The notes under the pieces are model-generated. The model saw only the letters and a program-made list of their open reading frames with translations. It had not been told where the DNA came from and made no database searches. From the NCBI GenBank assembly GCA_964016885.1, contig OZ024744.1, positions 84,072,001 through 84,136,000 on the forward strand: a DNA stretch of 64,000 nucleotides, read 5' to 3'. This document shows positions 40,934 to 52,303 of the stretch, piece after piece. This DNA comes from Eledone cirrhosa. Its lineage: Eukaryota. Made by a program: the position numbers and the translations under genes. The stretch's first letter is position 1. The number at the start of each line of letters is the position of its first letter.

Positions 40934-43900
40934 ACAGTTGCATTTATCTTGCTTTATGTTCATACGAGTTATCACCAAGTCACAACTAGTGACCTCAAGA
41001 GACAACAAGGTCCGCCATGTTCAAGAAAGAACATACATACACACACATGCATCTTTAGGTATTTAGACTTGTGATGTACTTATATTGACAGAATCTTCCT
41101 TAGTATATGGGCAGTTCCCATTAGTACTATCTTTTGTATTTCTCCTATACGCGGGTTTCCTGGGATCTGCGATAAGTAATCATTAGACCCCTTAGGTATC
41201 ATTCCCAGAGCGCCTACAACCACTGGTATTGTTTTAATTCTCAATTTCCACAGTTTTCCAATTTCTATCTCCAGGTCCTTATACTTGCTCAATTTTTCAA
41301 ATGTTTTTATAGATACATTCTTGTCTATTTGAACGGACATATCAATTAGCAGGCATACCCTCTTTTTAAAGTCCTTCAGTATTATATCAGGTCTATTTGC
41401 ATCTGTTTTTCGGTCTGTTTGGATGCTAAAGTTCCACAACATTGAGATGTGATCTTTTTCAAGTATGGGAGGTGGTTGATGCTCCCACCAATTCTTTTGA
41501 TGGGGCAGGTCAAAATGTTTACACATTATCCAATGTATGTATTGTGCAGCTCTGTCGTGCCTGTTTAGGTATTCGGTTGGAGCTATAGGACTGCACATTG
41601 AAATTATATGGTCAATGGTCTCTGGTTGTTTTTTACATACATGGCATAATGGGCTGCATCCATTTTTCATTATGTTGGCTTGGTAATTTTTTGTTGGCAG
41701 ACACTGATCTTGTGCTGATATAATCAGTCCTTCAGTCTCCGATTTCAGTCCAGAGGATGCCAACCACTGATGGGTTAAAGTTTTGTCAACATCAGGATTG
41801 TTAGCTCGTTCTGGGTATTTTCCATACAGAGGCTTTTCTTGCCATTTCTTAGCCAGTTTATGTAGCAGTTCTTTCTTTGCAGTTACTTTTACCTGCTTTG
41901 CTTTTTCTGTGTTTTCCATTTCAGCAGTAAATGGGACTTCTGAAATTTGTAGTCCATTACTGTATCTTTGTGCATCTTTTGATGCTTTCGTGTTTCAAAA
42001 CGAGTTTGATCATCCAATCATGTGATTCCCTTAGATATGTAGATAATCCAATTGTTGCAGTATTCAACGCAATTTCTAACTGGATTAACCCACGTCCTCC
42101 TTCTTTCCTAGGGAGATATATTCTATCTGTATCTGCCTTAGGGTGATGCATTCTGTGCATGGTTAAGAATTTTCGAGCCTACGGACTCTGTGCTTGACCA
42201 GTTGATGACATTGTAACTGTAGGTTACTACTGGTATGGCAAGCGTCTTTATGGCATCGATCCTATTCCTTGCATTCAATTCCGTTCTTAAGATTGCTCTT
42301 ACTCTGCGGTAACATTCCTTCCTTATCCTTTCCCTCATTGTCGAGTGCTTGTTTCCGTCTCCTTCACAAACACCTAGATATTTGTAAGTTTCCTCTTGAT
42401 CAAGTTCTCTTATCACATTCCCCCGATCAAGATTAATGTCTGAACTCTTCAGCAGCTTTCCTCTGGTGAACGTTGCTTTGGCGCATTTATCTAGTCCAAA
42501 CTCCATTTTAATGTCATCACTGAACTGCTCCACAGTGGATAATAGCCCTTGCAATTGTTCATCATTTTTTGCAAATAGTTTCAGGTCAACCATGTAGAAC
42601 AAGTGATTAATGGTTTTGTCATAGACTTTATATCCATGCTTTGTTTCATTGAGCATTTTACTTAATGGTATAAGTGCGATGCAGAATAAAAGCGGTGATA
42701 AAGAGTCACCCTGAAACATTCCACAATTAATATTAACTTCTCCAGCTTCCAGTGATTTTGTTTCACTATTCAAAAGGAGTGTCGTTTTCCATGTCTTCAT
42801 ACTGAATGACAAAAACCTCCTGACAACGGGAGATATTTTGAAAATCTCTAAACAATTTTCAATCCAACTGTGTGGCAAACTATCGAATGCTTTTTTATAA
42901 TCTATCCAAGCAATTGATAGATTTTTGTGTCTATTATGACAATCTTCCAGTATCATTTTGTTAACCAAAAGCTGATCCTTACAGCCATATGAGCCTCGTT
43001 TACACCCTTTCTGCTCAATGGGAAATAGGTCATTTGTTATCAGGTGGTCATATGTATATTCAGTTAGGATTGATGTTAAAATTTGTTGTTTCCTCTCGTT
43101 TTCATACCAAGTAATTTCCTGACCGCATTTTCTGTTACTTTGAGGATATTGTTGCATTGCTGAAGGTTCCTAGCCTTAAGTATGGGATGACTTTGTTTAC
43201 CTTAGCTGTTGTTTCTTTTAACTTTTGCCTGTCTACGAATCTTAGGTTCATAGGTATACCTCTATCATTGTTCATTTCATCTACCTCTAAGTTTAGGATA
43301 TCAACCAAATATTGTCCTAGCCGGTCAGCATTCATCTCCTCATCGGCCGTATCTTTGTTCCAGATGTTATTTATTTCAGCATTCAGATCATTGTCTGCTT
43401 CGGATGCTTCCTCAGGTCCATCTACCTCTTCACCTTCATTTCCCACTGGCTCGTTTGCCTGACATACTCCACTCTCCATTTCCAACTTAATCTCTCTGCT
43501 CAGTTCCTCCAGTTACAACTCACTTATCCATCCATTAGTTCTTATTACCCGAGCCTGTCCGGCAAATTTTTGTTCATGTAATTTAAATAGTCCAATCTCG
43601 TTCCAGGTGTTATGCATCCGTTCCCTATAGCCTTTTTCCATGGTGTTACTCTTCTGGTAATATTTCATGACAGTTCTATTCAATTCTTTCGTCCAGTTGG
43701 TTCTTGTCCCTTTCCTTCTTCTTCCTCCAACACCACCAGTATTTGGATGACAGCCAGGTACCTGCTGCTGGGCCAGGGAGCACTTGCTGTGTGAGAATCT
43801 GTCAAATTGCGTTACAGTCTCCCCTTCACCGTTATTCGAACTGTTTAGGTTCGACATTTAAACACTCATATCGAGGATTGGTGAATGTATGGTTACATAA

Positions 43901-44873
43901 CCACCGGTGATTTCATCAACCCCAGTGATTTCATCATCCCCGGTGATTTTAGCGTGACACCACCACGCTGTAGACGAACATAAATAAATAAACAATTAAA
44001 TAGATAAAAACTTTAAAAATAAACATAAGTTTCATTGTAATGTTTGAATGTCTAACTTAGTTTTTTTTTGTTTGTTTGATTTTTTCCTTTACGTTTTTCG
44101 TTTTTCAAGGCCAGTCACATCGGTTACTAGTGTTGTTGTTGCTGCTGCTGCTGTTTTTGTTTTAGCTACGTGGGAAGTAGTGGTTGTTGCGTTGAAAACT
44201 TTTGAAATTTGTTTTTGTCTGTGTTCTGTTCTATAATCTTTCGACTTCTTGCTTATTATTTTTATTATATTATAGTTTAGATTTGACATCGTTTAAACTA
44301 AACATTTTGAGAGAGTTTAGAGTTTAGAGATACAACAACAATAATTATTTTGGTGTTGTTGATGTTGTCTTAGCTGTTTGATCGGGTCACTAAATCAGTC
44401 TATTTATATCTTTTGATGCCTTATTCGCTTATTCATGTGTAGTGGCACTACTACCATCCCTATCTTAACAGGAGGTTGTGAGGTAACAGTGGTTATAGCG
44501 ATGATACAGTGGTGGCGGTGGTGATGGGATAGTAGTACTATAGTGATGGTGTTGCTGCAGCCTGGCTAGATTTTTTGTGGTAGTGGTGTTGGTGGTGGCG
44601 GCGGTAGTGGTGTTGGTGGTGAAATTATTTGGCTGTTGTTCGTAACCATTTTCTTTTTTTACTATAAAATTTCTGATACAAAATTAAATATTAAATATTG
44701 GGGCCCTATGCCAAAATGTGATGCGTTGTCACTCCCTTAGAGTTGAGACTAGTATCTTATGTTCCATTTGTAATAAGGATTATTCTATCACAATTGTTTT
44801 AAATATGTAAAAAATCAAAAACTTACGGGAGCGATTCCATAACACTCTATCCACCATGTGCGTATCTTCCCTG
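40934..44873 (-). mobile_element. R4/Dong-type RLE LINE, copy D1 (chimeric)
   Basis: EQKGC..G.KDQLL, WIDYKKAFD, FQGDSLSPLLF; C..C...ETIDHIISMC and RHD; NRPDI..IDMS (RLE). Flanked by (TAA)n in element orientation. Confidence 0.93.
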
Positions 44874-44905
44874 AATATTATTATTATTATTATTATTATT
44901 ATTAT

Positions 44906-45092
44906 GGGGAATTTTTCATTGTTTCAATTTTCATTTTTATTGTTTATATATATATATATGTTTCTATGTCCTTTTTTTTTTCTTTCTTATATAAATAATA
45001 AAGATATTTACGTGCACAAAGCCACATCGTACCGTCCTCTGCCGTCTGTAATGTTTTTCTTGATGTCAGCCCTTGTGGCCAATAAAGAAATC
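44906..45092 (+). mobile_element. Short 3'-UTR fragment of a third Tx1-like family
   Basis: ggggaattttt...gtaccgtcct...cccttgtggccAATAAAGAAATC resembles the family A 3' end. (ATT)n on both sides. Confidence 0.65.
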
Positions 45093-45324
45093 ATTATTAT
45101 TATTATTATTATTATTGGCGACCTACGTAGTAAATCGTATCATCGTGAGCTCCGCAAAGGTTTGTTATTTCCGTTTGTTAAAAATTGCCATTTATGGAAA
45201 ATTTTATTGTTAACTGTTTATAAGCACACATACATTGTTTTCCGAAAAGGACACCCAGAAAGATTGGGGCCTTGTGCCCAAAATTTTAACTTTTATTATT
45301 ATCCAAAAATTTCTTTGAAGAAAA

Positions 45325-47306
45325 ATGGCTACTTCACCTCTGCACGAAGCAGCTGAAAGCCTTCCTCACAAAATAACACCTCACACCGACACCACCATTG
45401 TAAATGTTACTACGTTTGCCAACACAAAAAAAAATATAAGCAGTAGCAATATTTTAAATTTGTCTCAGGCAGACATTCATTTCCCGCCATTACCAATGAC
45501 TGCAGGTGTTAAAGCCTCCACCACCACCACCACCGCGACAACCACCACCACCACCACCACCGCGACAACAGAAACAAAAGAAGAAAAAAATAAATTAACT
45601 CGTGATGTCGAAATGAAATCAAGCAAAATGGACTCTTCCCCACCAAAGACGACTGACGTCACCACCACCACAACTGAAACTAAAATTAATATTAACGATA
45701 GCAACAACAACAATGACATTATAAAACCCCCCCTCAGTTTCGCCAGAGTAGCAAAACAATTCGAAGCATTTACGGTAACTCAGGAAGATTTAGAAAATGC
45801 CAAACAAATGGTAAAGAAAGATGGGTACAGGGTCAGCCCCCCCCCCCCACCTAATAAAATGGAGCATCGGCGCCTATGCACCGTGTCGTATAGAACAATA
45901 AATGTAAAATCGCGCCGAGTGGAACGGGCATCCGAGTCCCAAATCCAAAAAGCTTTGGGACATGTGTGGGCAAGAAAAACCCACATCAGACGTGGGCAAA
46001 AGTATGGAACCGTGGACGTGTTCTTTGAAACACCAGAGGAGGCTAGAGAACACTCCATGGCCCCATTAAAAAGTGACGACTTCACACTCGTCCCAAGCTA
46101 TTGTGGCCAGAGACTCGTAAAGATCAGGGTGACCCACGTTCCACCGGCCATCGAAATTCCCTGGCTAATAGCGGCCGTCCTCGCCGGCATCGAAGCCAAC
46201 ACGAAAATAATAGCAATAGCAAAAGAAAAGCAGGAAAACTGGTCCGGATCTGGGATGGAGCTCCTGATCCAAGCGGACCAAAAAAGCATTGAGGAGATCC
46301 CAGAGGTAATAGACCTCACTGACGGCAGCCACCTCACGGTAATTGTCGAGGGCAGAAGACCTAGGTGTGTCGTTTGTGGTGAAGGAACCCACCTAAGGGC
46401 TTTCTGCCCTCAGGCTAAAAGGTTGAGGCCACCTCTCCTACCCACCCCAGTGACACAACCATCAACACCACCAGTAGCAGAGATGGCAGCAACAACTGTA
46501 GCAGCAACAACAGAAGCAACTATAACAGCAACAACTCCAGCAACAGTAGCAAAACCAACACCACCACCACCACCAGCAAAACCAACACCACCACCACCCA
46601 ACGCTTCAGAACTAGCACCAGCGCCTACACCATCCCCCACGCCACAACCAAAACTAACGGCTGTGGAGGATTTTCCACTCCCCGGCCTATCACAACTGGA
46701 GACAGATTGTGACGACGAGGAGTGGGAAACGATATCCGGAAAAAAAAAAGAAACCAAAAAAGAAAAAATTCTCTTCCTTCCCCCTCCAAAAAAAAATTAC
46801 AGAGGGAAACAAATAAATTAAGAAACAAAAAAGTTAGGACAGATATGCCACCATCCACACCAGCATCACCAACCCCATCAACCCAAACACCAACACCATC
46901 ACTATCATTAACCCCAACACCACCATCACCTACACCACAAAAGTCACCAAAATGCGAAACAGAAACAAACCCACAACAAACGCAAACAAAACAAAACAAC
47001 CAAAACGATACACACTACACAGCATTAAATTTGAACAACAAGCAATTATTACACTACATCCAACACAACACCAGCATCACAGAAAAAGACTACACAACAA
47101 CCCCAAAATTCACACCACCTCCACACATACAAATCACTCGCATCACACAGAAAACGTACATGACACTAAAACAAAAATTCCCAAAAGACATCGGAGACTT
47201 CCGACAAGCACTCTCCAGGAGGATTTATAAGGACATCCTTCCTGAGGAGGCCACAAGCAGTGAAAACGATGGAAAAACCGTCCTTTCTCTACGAGAAGTA
47301 AGGTAA
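45325..47306 (+). CDS. Tx1 family A ORF1 (zinc-knuckle protein), one frameshift in the A-run at about 46740
   Basis: ORFs 45325-46821 and 46722-47306; RPRCVVCGEGTHLRAFCP. The copy at 53874-54518 reads through this site. Confidence 0.85.
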
Positions 47307-47340
47307 GTGGTCTTTACCATCTTTTCCATTCCTTTTCAAC

Positions 47341-50300
47341 ATGACCTCACTCAGAATAGGCAGCATAAATGCGCGTGGCTTGGGGTCATCATGGAAGCAG
47401 GGCCACCTGCTCAACGACCTCAGGTCACTAAACATAGATGTAGTGGCCATCAGCGAGACCAGAATCTCGGAAGCACAGGCTTTCGCACCGATCTTCGGCG
47501 GCTCCGATGTGTACGCATCTCCCAGCAGTCCGGGATCGGGGGGAGGAGTTCCTGTGCTTTTTCGGAGAGGTTTGGATCTTGCCATACGGGCCATCTTCCT
47601 GGACCCAGAAGGTAAGTTGGTGGTGCTGGACGTGACCAGCGGAGACGGGCAAGCTTTCAGGTTAGTGGCCGTCTATGCCCCGACAGGAGCAGGGCGGCCT
47701 GATTTCTTCGGGCGTCTGGAGACCTTTCTTGGAACGTCCCGCTCTTTAGTGTTAGTGGGCGACTGGAACGGGATCTTAGATGCACGCTGGGATTGTGTGG
47801 GATTAGTGGATAGGGAAGGAGGGTGCAAGAGTCTCACCAACCTGCTCAGACGTTTTGAACTGTCTGCCAGGTACCGAATGGATTTCCCGAATGTACCAAT
47901 GTGGACTTGGACAAATCGCATAGGGTCATCCAGATCATATCTAGATAGAGTATTTTGTAGGGAAATAGATAGGTCTAGCATAGGCTGTCCACAATTCAAG
48001 ATAGTCAGCTACACGGACCACAAATTCGTGATCTGTGTGCTTGACTTAGATAGGCTTCATAGACAAGGACCCGGCTACTGGAAGCTAAACGCGTCCTTAC
48101 CAGCGCGCAAGGCCTACAGAGACCGGATTAGCGAACTAGTTAAGCGGGCGTTGACGAGGGCCATCGTCAACAACAAGTGGTGGCTTGCTCTGAAAAGAGC
48201 GATTAGAATAGAATCCATTAGGTTTAGTAAGGCTTTAGCAATAGAGAAAAATAGAGCAGAAGGAGAACTAGTTAGAAAATTAGACGAGGCGCTTAGCAAA
48301 GGCATCGCGACCGACGTACTTGCGGTGAAATTGGCCCTTGACCAATTCTTCAATGCAAAGCACGAAGGCTGCGTTGTCAGAGCTAGGGTGCGTGCTCTCA
48401 GACACGAGGGGCCGAGTGCCGTTCTATGGGCCCGAGTGGCGGAGGCGCGTCGTGGCAACAAAGCCACGATCCGGTCTTTGGTGGACCACGACGGGCGCAT
48501 GTTACTCGATCCCGGGCAAATGTGTGAAGCTTTTCAGCGACACTTCGCTCAACTGTTCGGGGGCAGTGGCGGGCCGGATCGAGGGATGGACTTTAGTGTC
48601 TACCTCGACGGACTGCCGCGGCTCTCGGCCACAGAGGCGGAGTGTTGCGAAAAGCCGATAACAGCCGCTGAAGTACGGGAGGCAATGACTGGCTGCACAA
48701 GGGGTAAATCGCCTGGTTTGGATGGTCTGCCCTATGAACTTTACGTACAAATGCCAGACTTGTTCGGAGGCCTCTTGGCGGACGTCTACTGCAACTGGCA
48801 ACAGAACGGTAGAATTCCCAGCTCTGTGAGCCCTGGAGCGGTGGCGCTGCTGAGAAAGGATCCGAACAAGGGGGATAACATAGATAATTTCAGGCCCATA
48901 ACTCTGCTACACACAGAGTTCAATACTTTGGCCAAGGTGCTAGCAAAGAGGTTGGCGCTTGTCGTTGGTGGTCTGGTGGGAGAGGCGCAGACATGCGCCA
49001 TTCCCGACAGATCCATCCACGACGACATCCACCTCATGCGATACATCGTAGAGAGGGTAGCTAGGGAACCTGGCACGGGTGGGTCTTTGATAAATTTAGA
49101 TCACTCGAAAGCCTTCGATAGGGTCGACCATCGTTACCTGCGGCCGTCCTGAGGGCGGCTGGCTTTGGGCCCATGTTCAGAGTCTGGATCGCTGCCATGC
49201 ACAGCGACATCTGCTCTGTGGAGAGAGTGAACGGTCACCTTTTGGAACCGTTCAACATCATGCGCTCGGTCCGCCAAGGATGTCCCCTCTCGTCTCTATT
49301 GTACGTATTGACTCTCGAGCCATTACTGCACAAACTGGAGACGTTGAGGAGGGTCCCGCGCGAACTAGGATGCGGAAGATCCGTGTCAGCATATGCGGAC
49401 GATGTCACCGTAGTGGTGTCGAACGCCAAACATATCGAGGCGATCTGCACTACACTAAGAGAATACGAAGCGGTGACAGGAGCAATGATCAACCAGGAAA
49501 AGTCAGTGGGCCTACAGCTCGGCACCTGGAGAGGCAGGTCCATGCCGTCCAACAGCGTCGTCGGGCGCTGGACGGACGGACCGGTTAAATTGTTAGGGGT
49601 CTGGTTCGGTCCAGACCTCCAGACGGACAAAAACTGGGACGAGGTGACGAGCAGGGTGGCTTCTCTCACCCAGAAATGGGCCGAGAGGAAGCTATCCCTG
49701 AAAGGTCGAGCGGAGGTGGCTAACGCGTACATCGCGTCCGTCATCTACTACCGCCTGACCGTCGTACCTTGTCCTAAGCCCCGCCTGACTGCGCTGGAGC
49801 GTTTGCTCTTTCGCTTCTTGTGGAAGGGACGCGCTCCGATGGTCAGGCGGTCCATTTGCTCTCAACACCCGCTACGTGGAGGGCTGGGCATGCCGTGGCT
49901 GATGATGCGCAGACACGCGCTCAGGCTACGACATCTCCACCTTTTCCTCGACGCTGATCAGGTGTGGTCGCCGTTTGCTAGACACGTTTTTCCCCAGCTC
50001 GTCTCCTTGACGGAGCTGCAGTCCTGGGTCAAGCGAAGACCGAGAGGGAGCGCTTGGAGACTGGAATGTCTTCAGGCGCTCACAGCCCTCGACCAATCGG
50101 GCAATGTGATCGGTGGAAACTCCACCTTGGCGTTCTATGGGAGATTAGTGGAGGGGATGAGCGACGACGTACTTGGAGAAACTCTAGGCGTCGACGAAAA
50201 TCAACTAGCGAATCTCTTCGGAAGGACTTTCGGGCCAGGGCCTATGGACAACTTCCAGAAATCCCTGGCCTGGCAGTGCTACCGGGGAGCTTTGCCAGTT

Positions 50301-50759
50301 CGGGATAAACTCTACAGGCATGGAGGTGCCGTCAGTCGGGCATGTCCTAGATGCGCGCAGGGCGACGAAACCGTCCTGCACGCACTCGTCCAGTGTCCGA
50401 GCATTGCTGACTTGTGGGTTTATGTCGAACACCTGCTGTCGCGTGTAGGACGGATCCAGCTATCAGCTCAGTCCATCGTGAGGATTGCCCCACCCTCTTC
50501 CTTTAGCCGGGAAGGGCAGGCAGTTTTTATCTGTCTGGTGGCCATGGCGAAAGAGAAAGTATGGTGGACACGTTTGAAAGGGCTGAAGACGAGCACTTAC
50601 CTCTTCGGTGATGCTCTGATTGACTTTTTCAAATTTCATTTGAAAAGGAAAATCAGAGTAGAGAGGGAAGTGCTCTCTTCCCAGCATTTTGTTGAAAGAT
50701 GGGTGAGAGAAGCAAGAATGGCCCGAGTGAATGGGCCGACTCTGAGTATATATCTGTAA
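47341..50759 (+). CDS. Tx1 family A ORF2 (APE endonuclease, RT, CCHC), one frameshift at about 49140
   Basis: ORFs 47341-49152 and 49173-50759. INARGL, ISET, GDWN, YLDR, TDH; KAFDRVDH, RQGCPLS, YADD; CPRC...HALVQC. Confidence 0.93.
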
Positions 50760-51019
50760 ACTAAAGGTGGAAAACTGGGAGAGGGCACTTGCCTTGGTGG
50801 TCAGGGTCATTGTGGCTTTTTACTGGGCTTTCTCCACAAATGTCCCTCCGAAGTCTCCCCCCTATTGGGGAATTTTTCATTGTTATTTTCATTGTTATTT
50901 TTGTTACATCCTCTGTTTTTGTCTTTTTACACGCAGAAATGCCCATTTGTACCGTCCTGCATTGTCCTGCACTGTCCTTAATGTCTACTTTATGTAAACC
51001 CTTGTGGTTAATAAAGAAA

Positions 51020-51072
<53 letters not shown>

Positions 51073-52265
51073 GAATGCTATGGTTGAGGGAGGCTCGGCT
51101 CTGTAAGGTATTGTAAATTTTGAACGCTATAATAATTGTAAATTGTTTAAAACTTTTACCAACTTGTAGACAAAAACACCCTCCTACGATATCTCCACCT
51201 CTTCCTCGACGGTGATCAGGTGTGGTCGCCGTTTGCTAGACACGTATTTCCCCAGCTCGTTTCCTTGACGGAGCTGCAGTCCTGGGTCAAGCGAAGACCG
51301 AGAGGGAGCGCCTGGAGACTGGAATGTTTTCAGGCGCTCACAGCCCTCGACCAATCGGGCAATGTGATCGGTGGAAACTCCACCTCAGCGTTCTATAGAG
51401 GATTAGTGTAGGGGAAGAGCGACGACGTACTTGGGGAAAATCTAGGCGTCGACGAAAATCAACTAGCCAATCTCTTCGGAAGAACTTTCGGGCCAGGACC
51501 TATGGACAACTTCCAGAAATCTCTGGCCTGGCAGTGATACCGAGGAGCCTTGCCAGTTCGGGATAAACTCTACAGGCATGGAGGTGCCGTCAGCCGGGCA
51601 TGTCCGAGATGCGCGCAGGGCGACGAAACCGTCCTGCACGCACTCGTCCAGTGTCCGAAAATTGCTGACTTGTGGGTTTATGTCGAACACCTGCTGTCGC
51701 GTTTAGGACGGATCCGGCTATCATCTGAGTCCATCGTGAGGATTGCACCGCCCTCCTCCTTTAGCCGGGAAGGGCAGGCAGTTTTTATCTGTCTGGTGGC
51801 CATGGCGAAAGTGATAGTATGGTGGACACGTTTGAAAGGGCTGAAGACGAGCACTTACCTCTTCGGTGATGCTCTGATTGACTTTTTCAAATTTCATTTG
51901 AAAAGGAAAATCAGAGTAGAGAGGGAAGTGCTCTCTTCCCAGCATTTTGTTAAAAGATGGGTGAGAGAAGCAAGAATGGCCCGAGTGAATGGGCCTACTC
52001 TGAGTATATATCTGTAAATTAAAGGTAGAAAACTGGGAGAGGGCACTTGCCTTGGTGGTCAGGGTCATTGTGGCCTTTTACTGGGCTGTCTCCACAAATG
52101 TCCCTCCGAAGTCTCCACCCTATTTGGGAATTATTCATTGTTATTTTTTGTTACATCCTCTGTTTTTGTTTTTTACACGCAGAAATGCCCATTTGTACCG
52201 TCCTGTATTGTCCTGCACTGTCCTTAATGTCTACTTTATGTAAACCCTTGTGGTTAATAAAGAAA

Positions 52266-52267
<2 letters not shown>
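51073..52267 (+). mobile_element. Tx1 family A 3' portion (51184-52267) fused to a foreign 110-bp 5' segment
   Basis: From 51184 it is colinear with 49926-51021. 51073-51183 has no match in the family A 5' UTR. Confidence 0.9.

Positions 52268-52303
<36 letters not shown>

Larger units (their letters stand above)
45117..51021 (+). mobile_element. Full-length, nearly intact Tx1/L1-clade LINE, family A, in (ATT)n
   Basis: 5' UTR, ORF1, ORF2 and a 3' UTR ending AATAAAGAAATC. Only about two frameshifts. (ATT)n on both sides. Confidence 0.96.

Noticed and set aside
50789-51106. Hydrophobic ORF in the Tx1-A 3' UTR (possible membrane ORF3)
   Set aside because: The hydrophobicity comes from T-richness and the (ATT)n tail, indels occur among copies, and there is no stop before the polyadenylation signal.
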